A DNA stretch of 53,425 nucleotides, the filler included, from Catajapyx aquilonaris (Eukaryota): NCBI GenBank assembly GCA_000934665.2. It is 2 parts of 2 records of this genome, joined end to end, with 100 filler letters (N's around TTAATTAATTAA, not from the genome) between each part and the next. Parts side by side here need not be neighbours in the genome. Positions count along the whole stretch, not along the records: positions 1 to 26,672 come from JYFJ02005174.1; positions 26,773 to 53,425 come from KZ539300.1. One strand, given 5' to 3'. Under the pieces are notes generated by a model, which saw nothing but the letters and a program-made list of their open reading frames with translations, had not been told where the DNA came from and searched no databases. Both the position numbers and the translations under genes were made by a program. Within the stretch, counting starts at the first letter, position 1. The number at the start of each line of letters is the position of its first letter. This document shows positions 24,382 through 35,695 of this stretch, in pieces.

Positions 24382-25886
24382 TCACTCTATGCTGACAAGA
24401 TGAGCAGCCTCCATAGGCTCCAGGTCCCACCTCCCTTCCCGTGCTGCACCATGCAAGGTGAGAATCCACCTGTGGTATGGTCTCAAGCTATTCCTGTGGC
24501 TTGTGCTGATCAGTGTGGTCCCCTGCACCACACAAGCTTGGTACAAACACTGCTCCACGTCCATTGAAATTGCACTTGTAGCCTCATCCAGTACGGCAAA
24601 CACAGGCCGATGGTAAAGGACACGCAAGAAGCAGAGTCGTTGCTGCTCCCCAGGAGAAAGGATTTCATACCAGTTCCAGTCCCCTGGGCAGTGTAGTCCA
24701 CCACAGCGGTTGACAAGTGACTCCATTCCAACCAGGCCCAGCAGGTGTAGCAAGGTGGCATCATCATCTGCAGGACTTGTGACTGCGCATCTTTTTGTAG
24801 GTGGTAGGGGGCGTAATGGAAAGATAATTTGGTCCCGGAGGCTTCCGTCAGTGAAGAGGGGCTTCTGGGAGAGGAAAAGGGATCCACTGGGTCCTGGTGG
24901 AAGGTGACACTGAATAGATCCACGATCTGGAGTCCATATACCACGGATGATGCGGAGGAGGGAAGTTTTTCCAGAAGAACTTGGACCACGGATCAAGATA
25001 GATTCACCTTGACTGATGCTAAGGTTTAAGTCTGGAAAAGCATATTTGTTATTTATATGGCAAGTTATCTGCCATGAAGAATGCTTTGTTAGGTCTCCAG
25101 TCAATTATGACTCACCTTGAACCAAGAAGCAGCTCTTATCCTGCCTAGGTGGACCAAATGTTACCTTCTTGAGCTCCCATCCCAACTCGGGAACAATAAT
25201 TTCTCCCGGAATATCAACATAGCCATTTGCTGAAGGAAATGGATGCTCCTTGGCCCCAGTCAAATGGGAAGACTTGTCATCAAGGGCTAGCAACTGCTCA
25301 ATAAGTTGCGCCACTCGATGAGCCACACCTGCCAATGAGCTAGCTTTGACTGATACATCCACCAGGGAGCTGAATGTGGAAATCAGATAGATGCACACAA
25401 ATCCATTCTAAAAAACAAAAGAAGTTATCAATCTGGGTCCCTTAAAAGCATGAGCAAACTTCATGAAATGAGCATATACACACCTTGCTAATAAGAGCAC
25501 TGAGATCAGGCGCTGAAAGATGGTCATAAGTTCCAGCAAAAATAGGAATAGCGATGAGAAGGTAGCTGAGTACACTTCCCAGGTAGTCAAATGTATTGAT
25601 CGACATTCCTAGTAGAAACTGTCTAGCAAAGAGCTTTCCCTGAGCACGTAAGAGGCGACCCAACTTGGCATCTGTGCGGTTTCGTTCTGCTTCAGCAGCT
25701 CCTGGACCAAGTACCATTGCTAATGACTCTGAATTGATCCGCACCTGCATGTGCTTGAAGCGGAAGTCACCCTCCAGACGCTCCTGGGCCACCACATACC
25801 GAACTACTGGAGACATCAGGAGCTTGTTGATGGCAGTGCCCAGCAAGAAGAAGCCAAACACACCTGTAGGGCCCAACCAGCCAACA
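24382..25886 (-). CDS. ABCD4: ABCD4 (lysosomal cobalamin exporter-like), last three exons only, 5' exons absent
   Basis: Exons 25886-25484, 25407-25116, 25031-24382 (GT-AG, phase-consistent). GWLGP..F..GT.INKLLM, QERLEGDFRFKHMQVR, NTFDYLGSVLSY, Walker A GPSSSGKT, WNWYEILSPGEQQRLCF, VLDEATSA. N-terminal ~170 aa not found before the spacer. Confidence 0.92.
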
Positions 25887-26672
25887 CTGCAAAAGTAGTG
25901 ACAGTAAAATACCTGCTACTAGGGTACCATTGACACACTGATATATACTGTACAGGGGTGTTTCAGAAAGATGGTGAGTTGGTGATCTTGTGCAATCCAG
26001 AGGATCACCTGATGTTGGGAGTCATTTGGTCTCCTCAGCCTATGGCAGTTAATGAGATAATGAGCTTGACACCACAGAGTATAACAGAAGGTTTACATCC
26101 AAACATGCACCAGGTACATCCAAAACTAGTCCTTTGACGCCGGCTTGTGCAAGTGTGGTATCCGCAATGTAGTCAGAAGGGCCTCATACACTAAATTTTT
26201 ACATCCCCCCCGATACACACACACCAAATCAAGTGCTGCATATCACCAGTGGCACATTCTGCAGCAGCTCTGGTAATGTGCCAACCTGGACACTATGCAC
26301 TATCCCAACCCACGCAATTGCTTCACTTGCTGGCACGAGTGACAACCAGTACATCATTATCAATCCAATTGAAATGCATTTCAGCAGGTGACTATTAAAT
26401 ACACCCAACATAGCTGATGCATATACAGATCCCACCAAAAACCTTTCTGTAAAAAAAGGCCAAGTTCTCCTGACTGCTTGGCCGTCAAAAGTGGTGAGAT
26501 CTGAAATACGGCCAAGTTCAACGTCGTTGTCAATTACTGGCATTCTCAACTTCTTCAACCTAAACCACTGACTTTGTTTTTCCAGGTCGACCTTAAGTTT
26601 AATCATCAAAAAAATTTTATGGAATTTCTCTTGCTGTAACTTGGCCATTGCTCATATCCGGGGTATTGTTGA

Positions 26673-26772
26673 NNNNNNNNNNNNNNNNNNNNNNNNNNNN
26701 NNNNNNNNNNNNNNNNTTAATTAATTAANNNNNNNNNNNNNNNNNNNNNNNNNNNNNNNNNNNNNNNNNNNN
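26673..26772. other. Artificial contig-join spacer
   Basis: 44 N + TTAATTAATTAA (26717-26728, stops in all six frames) + 44 N = exactly 100 bp. Confidence 0.95.
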
Positions 26773-27146
26773 TATGATAGCTTGCTGGTTGTGAAGTGGC
26801 CAAGAAAGATTTCCATGCGGGAAGTACCCGTTTTACGCCGCTCCATTTTACGCCGTTTCGCATTAACCCTGGTTTTAAAATTACATTTGAAATTTTTTTA
26901 TCAGAATTTTAAAAATATATATTTGATGATAAGACAATCTGAACATGAAGGCATCACTCCAACACTTCTGAGACCAAACACACGAACGTATCTACCCGCT
27001 CTTCTTTCCTCTGTGTTTCCTGGTGCCTTGTGGCTGGTTCTATCGATATGCACTGTGCAGTACTGTATTGTTCGGTATTGTTGATCTCGGCACTCCCCGA
27101 AGTACACTACTCCAACCGTTAATTATTGTTACAATACCCTACGTGT

Positions 27147-27293
27147 CACGGGGGTAATCACTCGACTGAAAAGTGTACACTGGAGTACCAAATTCAAGGA
27201 GTACCAAGGAGTAATAAAGAGTGAGGTGCCTGAGGAGTACCAGGGAGTACCACTCCCAGGTGTACACCGGAGTACCGAAGTGATTACCCCATT
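27147..27293. mobile_element. Small MITE with GAGTAC internal repeats
   Basis: GGGGTAATCACTCG ... CGAAGTGATTACCCC inverted ends, multiple GGAGTACC. Confidence 0.5.
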
Positions 27294-28596
27294 GCTATTA
27301 CGTGTACTGCAATTATTATTCTTGCCAACCTGCCCGTTGCTCTATTGTTTTCATTGTTGAATATTCAATGTTAATTATTGTTGTAGAACATGAGTGAGAG
27401 AGGCAGATCCATCATTTGGGCTTGAATTATTGAATTATTTGGGACAAAAAGGGGACAAATCGAAACTCACTTCACACAAACTCGGGCCACACTCAAAAAT
27501 ATTCACTCCAAACACACATCAATACCAATGTCGGACTATAACTAAGAACCAACTATGACGAAAGCCCGAGTGAGCCGGCAGGTAATGCACGGAGTGAATT
27601 GAGGATGAGTAGCTAGGGGGGGTGTCCTTTGGCAACACACCTGTGCCGACCCCAAGCAGAGACCTGCACCAGTTATGGAAGCGAACTGCTCTTGTCTGTG
27701 CCCTGGAACCAACGGGCCATTCGAATGAGGATGTTTGTTGACCCTGCTGTTGACTACTCCTTGGTTGTCCTGGGCAACCTGCCAGAAGTTCAATTGTTTC
27801 ACTTTGGGAGGGGGGATTCGATTCAGAACGCGAGGGACGAAGGAGAATCCTTACCTCTGGTTGTTTACAGCTCTGCAGGGTCATGGAAACAGATGGAACA
27901 ACAATGGGAAAGGGAAAAACCCGAATTTTTGGGGGGAGGGCTTTTTATACTCGACGAAATGCGGTGTTTGGACTTTTCCCGGGGTCAGTGATATATAAGA
28001 CATGGCTGTGAGAAATCTGAGCGCTCTCCGTACCCGGGAAGTGGCTTAATTAGGCGTGATAAATAAATGTACAAATTTTGAGCTTTATATATATGGGGAT
28101 AAATGAGCTTCTTTTTATTAGCTGTTGAGTCAAGACACAAGTGACGCTGGCCGCACAGATTTTGCTTGAAATATCTACTAGGGTCATCTTATAGTATGTT
28201 CAAAAATAAATGTCTGATTCGTGCCACAAAATTAAACCAGACTATACATCTAACGTTACGTTCATGAAAATGTCCATAAGGTGGATTTGTATGCAGCTTA
28301 GGATCACTGAGGAACACAGGACAATACATATACCCATACAGAGTGTGAAGATGCTGCTCCAACGATCTGCTTACCTCACATGTGTTTGCTTACATGCGCA
28401 GCAGAAAGTAATCTCCCAATTAATCATATTTCTGTTGAACTTGGTGTCAGTCTACGTTTACAGAAGAGTCAGAAGTGACTGATCATGGAGGAATAATAAT
28501 TATAAATTATCCTTATAGAGAGCCTTGGGAGCCCCGTTCGTAGGTCAGTCGGGTCGTTCGTAAACCGAGGGCTTCTTGTATTACATTCTGTGTTAA

Positions 28597-29687
28597 GGTA
28601 GTTCTTGCGCTAAGTCCATTTATTGACAATTTCGTGAAAATCACACCATCCATTCCTGGGCATGTCGCACATACTCCTGTGAAGTTTCAAGAGGTTCGTC
28701 TATCTCGTTTGTGAGATATTAATTTTCAAAGTTGGGCTTCTGGCGGCGCCTTATGCATGGAGCCTTATGGGAGCCGGTCTGCGGGCCTCGAGAAAAGTGT
28801 CCCTAGCTTCATGTTAACAAAAAACCATATTCATGTGGGGGCAAGTCGGGAGATTAATTTAGTGGCGATTTTCATAGGGGTCACCATGGTCCTTCCCCCG
28901 CATCTCGTCATTTTGTGAGGAGCCGACTCTACAGTTGGCGTCGAAGTGGCAACGCTGTAAGCGACGGTCGTCATGGCGGCCTTCGCTCGGGATTTGAAAA
29001 TCCCGAGCCGCCTAGGTATCAGAATGGCATGTAACTGACAAGGGAAGTGCAAGTGTTGTCCGTGGAGTTTCTGAATGAAACGCAGGTCCGGTACTGTATG
29101 AGTGTGTATGATTGTGTATGATTGTGTATGTGAGATTGGTCTCTGGTCTCAAGTTATTGATCGACTAGACAGTTATTACCTAAGTTACCAGCAAAGTTCG
29201 AATGGGGCGGGGGAGATGGGACTATCGATGTATTGATATCGATATATCGATGGTTTACTTATAAAATATCGATGTCTGATAAGCTCTAATCACTGTAATT
29301 TTATTAAAATATCGATGTAATAATCGGGGTCGAGAACTCGATATATCGCTGGGGGGAAATATCGATATATCGAAACATCGATACGTTGTTGATCAGGCCT
29401 GCCAACGTATGCAACGTTGCCGGATTTCCTGCACTTTTTCCGGTATTTGGAACAGCCATATTTCTGCTCTTCTCCGGGACAAAAGTGCACGAGGGAATTA
29501 TCATCCCCTAAATAAATGTTCACGTAACGTAACCGACGCGAAACACGTACTCAAAACTCTGTTTCAGAGAAATACTAGCAGAAATGTCTTACAATTGCAG
29601 AAGTTGGTATTGGCCAGCTCGCCCCATGTATAAACATAGGCTCAACACCCCTCCCCCTTCCCTCCGTTTCCAAGCACAAGAACTACC
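28597..29687. mobile_element. Non-autonomous Kolobok-like DNA transposon (1091 bp) inserted in the 3' end of ZNF copy 1
   Basis: TTAA|GGTAGTTCTTGCGCT ... AGCACAAGAACTACC|TTAA (15-bp TIR, 1 mismatch, TTAA TSD, GG...CC termini). The empty site ACATTCTGTGTTAAAGAAT is present in paralogues at ~38475-38495 and ~43416-43435. Confidence 0.85.
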
Positions 29688-30755
29688 TTAATGAATGAAT
29701 TCGCATGTGACTTTTCAAGGAGTTTGACTGACTAAAACCTTTCTGGCACATCTCACAAATGAATGGCTTTTCTCCTGTATGAGTTCCCATGTGCACTTTC
29801 AATTTGTCTGAACGATTAAATCCTTTCTGGCACACCTCACAAATGAATGGCTTTTCTCCTGTATGAGTTCGCCTGTGCAGTTTCAAGGCCATTGAATCCC
29901 TGAAACCTCTCTGGCACACATCACAAATGAATGGCTTTTCTCCCGTATGAGTTCGCATGTGCACTTTCAATCTGTCTGAACGAGTAAATCCTTTCTGGCA
30001 CACATCACAAATGAATGGCTTTTCTCCTGTATGAGTTCGCCTGTGCAGTTTCAAGGCCATTGAATCCCTGAAACCTCTCTGGCACACATCACAAATGAAC
30101 GGCTTTTCTCCTGTATGAGTTCGCCTGTGCAGTTTCAAGGCCATTGAATCCCTGAAACCTTTCTGGCACACATCACAAATGAATGGCTTTTCTCCTGTAT
30201 GAATTCGCATGTGCCGTTTCAAACAACTTTGAGTAAGAAACTTGTTCTTGCACACCTCACAGTGAAATGGTCTCTCTCCTGTATGAGTTAACATGTGAAT
30301 TTCCAATTTATGCAGAGTACCAAACAATTTCTCGCATACTCTGCATGCATGTGGATTTCCCGGATTTCCTGTAGTGCTTCTTTCCTCCTGGGTTCTGCCC
30401 TTTCCTGCTGCGTCTTCAGCTGTCTCTAGCACGATCTGAAACGTGCGAATCAAGTTTAGTGCAATATTTATATCGCAATTTCTGCATGATTACTTACGGC
30501 GCTAATCCGTCCGGACCCAAGTGCTAATGGGTCGTCTTCATCTTCGACACCACTGGACGTGGCCACCACCATCTCTTCCTCCTCCTCCGCTGGCTCCTCC
30601 TTGATCTCACGCAGCGTGTCTTCTGTGAAGAGCGTGGCGTCGCCTTCGAAGCATTCTGGTGCCTCCTCCTTGAGACGCAGCCGCCATGTCTCCTCCACCG
30701 TCACGTCTCCTTCCTCCAGCTCCTCCTCCTCCTCCTTGACCCCCAACGAGGTCAT
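29683..30755 (-). CDS. C2H2 zinc-finger protein, cluster copy 1 (8 fingers, ~336 aa)
   Basis: Exons 30755-30498 (MTSLGVKEE...DPLALGSGRISA|GTAAGT) and 30435-29683 (CAG|IVLETAED...). TGEKP linkers, near-identical 84-bp finger repeats. Confidence 0.9.
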
Positions 30756-31009
30756 GGCCCTGCAGGTCACCCAATGACCTCAATCCACGTCCCAACCTTG
30801 GAGGGTCTGCCAAGAGGAACATTCGGATGTGCCTGCCGCACACTTCACAACAAAAGGCCTGCCCTTCCACCCTCACACCTGAGCCCTCCTTCCCTGCACT
30901 GAGCATGCCCTGCACATCAAACCCTAGTTACCTGCACTCCTCCCAGTGTAATTACGCGTCTAATTAAACGTCATACACTTGGAAAGTTGACTCTTCGGAA
31001 CAGAATGTG

Positions 31010-31060
31010 GGCGCCATCTTGGATTCCGAACAAGTGACAGTCGCCCAATGGTGCCAACAT
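31010..31060 (-). promoter_or_regulatory. Conserved ZNF-cluster core promoter module (representative copy)
   Basis: GGCGCCATCTTGGATTCCGAACAAGTGACAGTCGCCCAATGGTGCCAACA. Related copies at ~35951, 39943, 42967, 45073, 46810, 51395. Contains YY1/PHO-type AAGATGGCG on minus. Confidence 0.6.
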
Positions 31061-31559
31061 GAGTTATATGGAAACTGGAACTCCATCATTCTAGATGGCG
31101 GGCATTTCGAAGCTTAAAAAAATCGTAAATCAGCCATTACTGATTGCGGAGACATAATGGAAACTGATCTGAAATCCTCAAAACAAGGGCTACTACTTAA
31201 TATATGAACATTAGGAATAGGCCATCTTGATTCGAGATGCCAGCTTCTTAATAACTTTAAAGAGCCATTATTGATCAGGAGAGACAAAATGGAACCGTAT
31301 GGAAATCTCCAACCGAGGGGAACAACTCCACAAATAAAAATTATTAGACAACTTATTACAGGTATTAGAAAGAGAGAGAAAAAAAACATTGCATATAGGC
31401 CATTGTTGATTGATTGTTGATGCACTAACAATCGATCTGATTATTAGCATTGTTGATCGATTGCTGATCGATTGTCGATGAACTAACAATAAAATAATAT
31501 GAGACAGCAAAATAATAGTGAATTTGTGATTTACCATGTACGCTTGGGAATAATTTCCA

Positions 31560-32330
31560 ATAACGATATCCAGGTACTTGCTGAGAGACTCGTGAATATC
31601 ACGTCGACTGATCCTGCTGTCTGATTCGATAAACTTACGAGTCAATTATCCAGCCTTCCAGACGATGCAGTATTTTTTGTTTGCTACCAACCAACCACAT
31701 TGTGCAAAGCCTTACATAAAGCCATACTTGAAGCTATAAACTCTCCTGAGATCATCCTGGAAGCTGAGGACTCGTTGGACTGTCCCAGATCTATGCTCCA
31801 GTCAATAAGCTATACTCAAAAAGTACGAAGAGGATTGTTCTAATCTAATACGGCTGGTTTGGAGAAAAAAAACATTACTATATTAAACTTGGCACAAAGA
31901 TTACGTTAAGAAGAAACATTGATGTTACTCTTGGGTTGGTTAACGGTGCAGTGGATACCATACTGAGTGTTATGTACGACCCAGACACTCCAAAAAAAAG
32001 TAAGCTCCATAAAAATTCAACTTTCTTTCGGATTGGAATACGATTTAGGGCCTGTTAAGAGCATATTTGAAGTTACAACTAAAGCATTCGTCTATAGAAA
32101 ACAGTTCCCTATAACGATAGCGTATACGGCATCACAATTCACAAGAGTCACGGCTTGAGCTTAGACACTGCCCTAATCGACATCGGCTCATCACTTTTCT
32201 GTTGCGGCCAAACCTACGTAGCCTTGGCTCGTGTCACAACAATTGACGGAATCTATATAATCAACTTTGATCATACCCAGGTAAAAGCTTACCCAATAGA
32301 AACTCCTTATACTGGAATACAACAGACTCG
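31560..32330 (+). pseudogene. Frameshifted PIF1-like helicase remnant (Helitron/Helentron-type)
   Basis: Pieces across frames: IKLGTKITLRRNIDVTLGLVNG, VYRKQFPITIAY, ITIHKSHGLSLDTALIDIG..F.CGQTYVALARVTTIDGI, matching the PIF1 C-terminal motifs. Confidence 0.8.
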
Positions 32331-32597
32331 CACATAATATTAGACAAATCCCAAAGTAGCCCTCCTAATGTCACGGAAACAAGGTAGATGTGTATGATGG
32401 GGGGAGTTGTTGGTTTGGGGTGTTGGAATACTGTTTGGAAGAGCATGGCATGGGCGGCCCTCTTACAAACATGTTATGTGTGTCCTCTGACACTTTGAAA
32501 ATAAAAACCCATCAATTCCACACTTATATCGCATTCTCCTGTGTACCGAAGAAAATATCATTCCTTATTTACTGCAACTGCACAAAAAGTCTTGAGA

Positions 32598-33346
32598 TCT
32601 AACCAAAAACGGACTCATAAAAAAACCGCCAAGTCCTTAGCCACTCCGCCTAAAAAAGTCGTGAGATCATGGGTGGACACCAAGCCTCTTTGTGAGACTA
32701 TAGATTAAGTCAAGTTACTTGGCTCACGATTGGAGAATATAGACTTACAACTCGTAGACTTGGCGCATGGTTCCAGACTATATAGACTAAGGTTGAGCCA
32801 CTTGGTTCACCGGGCATGAAGAGCAATGGACGACCTAATGATAAAATTTAGTAGTTTCTGATCAACCAATGACTAATACACGCCTTCCATTTACTGCTGT
32901 AATATCCAGACCGCAATTCCTTAATTACCGTATACTCATATAGTAACAAATTCCCCCTTCAAACCATACAGGGTGTTTCTCAACTCGCATCCAAAACTTC
33001 TAGGGTGAACTCCTGAGCACCAGTGAATCGCTTCACCTGCTCTATGTAAAGTGATCCACTTGGTGCACACGAGTTCAACCTCAAAGTTTTGGACACGAGT
33101 TGTGAAACACCTTGTACCGGTATAATTCCCCGTGAGCCAAGGGGCTCAACCTGAGTCTATCTAGTCTCGAACCATGCGCCAAGTCTACGAGTTGTAAGTC
33201 TATAGTTTCCAATCGTGAGCCAAGCAACTTGACTTAATCTGTAGTCTCACAAAGAGGCTTGGTGTCCACCCATGATCTCAAGACTTTTTTAGGCGGAGTG
33301 GCTAAGGACTTGGCGGGTTTTTTTACGAGTCCGTTTTTGGTTAGAT
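32598..33346. mobile_element. Inverted-repeat element with ~215-bp arms
   Basis: 32598-32811 (ATCTAACCAAAAACGGACTC...CACTTGGTTCAC) is the reverse complement of 33131-33346. Arms carry ~40-bp sub-repeats. Confidence 0.8.
32969..33114. mobile_element. Tc1/mariner-type MITE nested in the inverted-repeat element
   Basis: TA|CAGGGTGTTTCTCAACTCG ... CGAGTTGTGAAACACCTTG|TA, palindromic. Confidence 0.75.
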
Positions 33347-33849
33347 TATTTTTTTCAAAGGATCTTTTTGCTCATTTTTAATTTTAGTGTCTAGTGATCT
33401 CCTTTTTCATTAGATGTTAATTTTTTTAAGTGAAGAAAGAAATACTTAGTCCTCCCCGATCCCACAGAAGTGAAAGTTTTTGCGGGTCATGAAGACATTG
33501 CAAGAAACGAAGAAAAAAATATGTATGACCTTCCAAGTTGTATTTGAGATTATTTTTTTTGTACAAAATAGTTGATAAAATATTAATAATTCTGGAAAAT
33601 GAAGAATTCCTGGTATTTTTTAACTGCGTGTATTTTATTTTGTGAATATTAATTTGCAGATAAATGGTGGTGACTTTGGCAAGGCATATATGGCCGGTTT
33701 GTTTTTTCCTAATTTATTGTAATGTGCTCAATGATTCAATTAATCTTTAAAAAAAAACCTGTCATTATATCATGAGCATTAGACGGCCCAGATGAACTTA
33801 TTATCTGACTTTATATGGAATGTGCAGTACATTCATTTGAAGGGTACAA

Positions 33850-33925
33850 CACACAGTTAGTGTGTGGGTGAAGTGGTTAGGGCGTCATGCTCCTAATCTG
33901 AAGGTAGTAGGATCAAATCTTCTTC
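33850..33925 (+). mobile_element. Degraded tRNA-like SINE head
   Basis: GGTGAAGTGGTTAGGGCG...GGTAGTAGGATCAAATC resembles A/B boxes, no intact cloverleaf. Confidence 0.35.
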
Positions 33926-34397
33926 AGCTTTTGTTTATTCTTTTTCGCTATTCCCATTTAAAAAAATAAGGATGGGCAGCATGTCGATGCGATTTTAGAT
34001 AGACAAAATTTCGTATTACAAGGCTGCTATGCCATCATTACGTGAATTCAAAACTGATGCAATGAGCAGAGAGAAATTAATGTCGATTTTAGTGCACATT
34101 TATATATCGGGTTCGAAACTTGTTATAGGGGGCAATGCATACATACACCAAAATTATTTTCCTGAGGAAAGATGCAGCTAGAGTAACATAGTCCTGCACA
34201 TGTTAACTTTTGCTCTTTAAAAACAAATAATTTAAGTGTCATTTACCTGTTGGCAACATATTAAACGTGCCTGGGATGGATACGATGCAACGTAATGTTT
34301 AATTCGACATCCAAATGAGCTTGTTTATTAGAGTTAGAGTCAAAACAAGTCAGTGGACACTGATAGTTCATTACGAAATGTTTAATGTCATGGATCA

Positions 34398-35695
34398 TTA
34401 ATTATTAGGTGTTACATTCTGTGGCGTATGAATTCGCATGTGACATTTGAAAATACTTGGACTGAGAAAGTTTTTCTGGCACACTTCACAATGTAATATC
34501 TCTTTCCTACAAAAAGGCGTGTGCCTTTTCAATCTATCTGCATTACCAAATTTTTTCTTGCACAAGTCACATTGAACCGGACTCTTTCCCGTATGAATTA
34601 ACATGTGACATTTCAAATTACGTGCGCTAGGAAAATGTTTCTGGCACACCTCACAATAAAACCGTGTCACTCCGTTATGAACTTGCATGTGATATTCCAA
34701 ACGATGTGCCTCAGAAAATTTTGTCTGGCACACTTCACACTGAAATGGTTTGACTTCTTCATGAATTTGCATGTGAACTTTCAAACGAATTGATTGATGA
34801 AATATTTTCTGGCAGTACTCACAAATGAATGGTTTTACCTTTATCATGTGCTGTTTCAAACTGTCTGGATCACGAAATCTTTTCTGACACACTTCACAAA
34901 TGAATCGTTTTACTATTGTATGAATTTCCATGTGCTGTTTCATACTATCTGAATCACGAAATCTCCTCTGACACATCTCACAAATGAATGGGTATTCTTC
35001 TCGCATGTGCAGTTTCAAACTGTCTGAATCACGAAATCTTCTGTGACACAGCTTACAAACGAATGGGTATACGTCAGTATGAATTCGCATGTGCTGTTTC
35101 AAACTACCTGAACTGACATATTTGTTCTTGCACACCTCGCAAGTAAACGGTCTCTCTCCCGTATGAATTCGCATGTGCGTTTTCAAACTCCTTTCATTAC
35201 ACAATTTCTTCTGGCAAATTTGGCAGCGACTTTTTTCACCATGAGCTATCATATGAATTTCCAACTTATGCAGACTACCAAACAATTCCTGGCATATTCT
35301 GCATGCATGTGGATTTCTTCTAGTACTTGTTTCCTCCTGGATCCCGCCATTTTCTCCTCCATCTTCAGCGGTATCTTGCACGATCTGAAATGTGGATCAA
35401 GTTTAGCACAAATTTACATCGCAATTTCTGCATGATTACTTACGGCGCTAATCCTTCCGGAGCCAAGTGCTAATGGGTCTTCTTCATCTTTGACCGCACT
35501 GGACGTGGCCACCACCATCTCTTCCTCCTCCTCCGCTGCCTCCTCCTTGATCTCACGCAGCGTGTCTTCCACGAAGAGCGTGGCGTCCCCTTCGAAGCAT
35601 CCCGATGCTTCCTCCTTGAGCCGCAGCCTCCACGTCTCCTCCACCTTGAGGTCTTCTCCTTCCTCCAGCTCCTCCTTGACCCCCAACGAGGTCAT
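34398..35695 (-). CDS. C2H2 zinc-finger protein, cluster copy 2 (11 finger units, several degenerate, ~412 aa)
   Basis: Exons 35695-35444 and 35384-34398. Most diverged finger array: linkers eroded, two units lack the last His, one is CCHC. Confidence 0.88.

Noticed and set aside
26229..26648. 139-aa ORF as a missing ABCD4 5' exon
   Set aside because: No resemblance to the ABCD4 N-terminus, probably TE-derived intronic sequence.
26717..26728. TTAATTAATTAA as a biological motif
   Set aside because: Symmetrically embedded in Ns, it is an assembly linker.
27519..27998. Overlapping ~120-aa ORFs
   Set aside because: No recognisable motifs or splice structure, could not be classified.
29700..30200. 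Regularly spaced repeats as a CRISPR-like array
   Set aside because: They are 84-bp coding C2H2 finger repeats in a eukaryotic gene, with no unique spacers or cas genes.
30559..30777. Ser-rich plus-strand ORFs repeated in each ZNF copy
   Set aside because: Antisense reading of the Glu-rich exon (GAG->CTC/TCC).
30975..31020. AAGATGGCG ATG spliced in frame as the true ZNF start
   Set aside because: Possible in copy 1, but the frame and donor are not conserved in copy 2, so it is better explained as a YY1-type motif.
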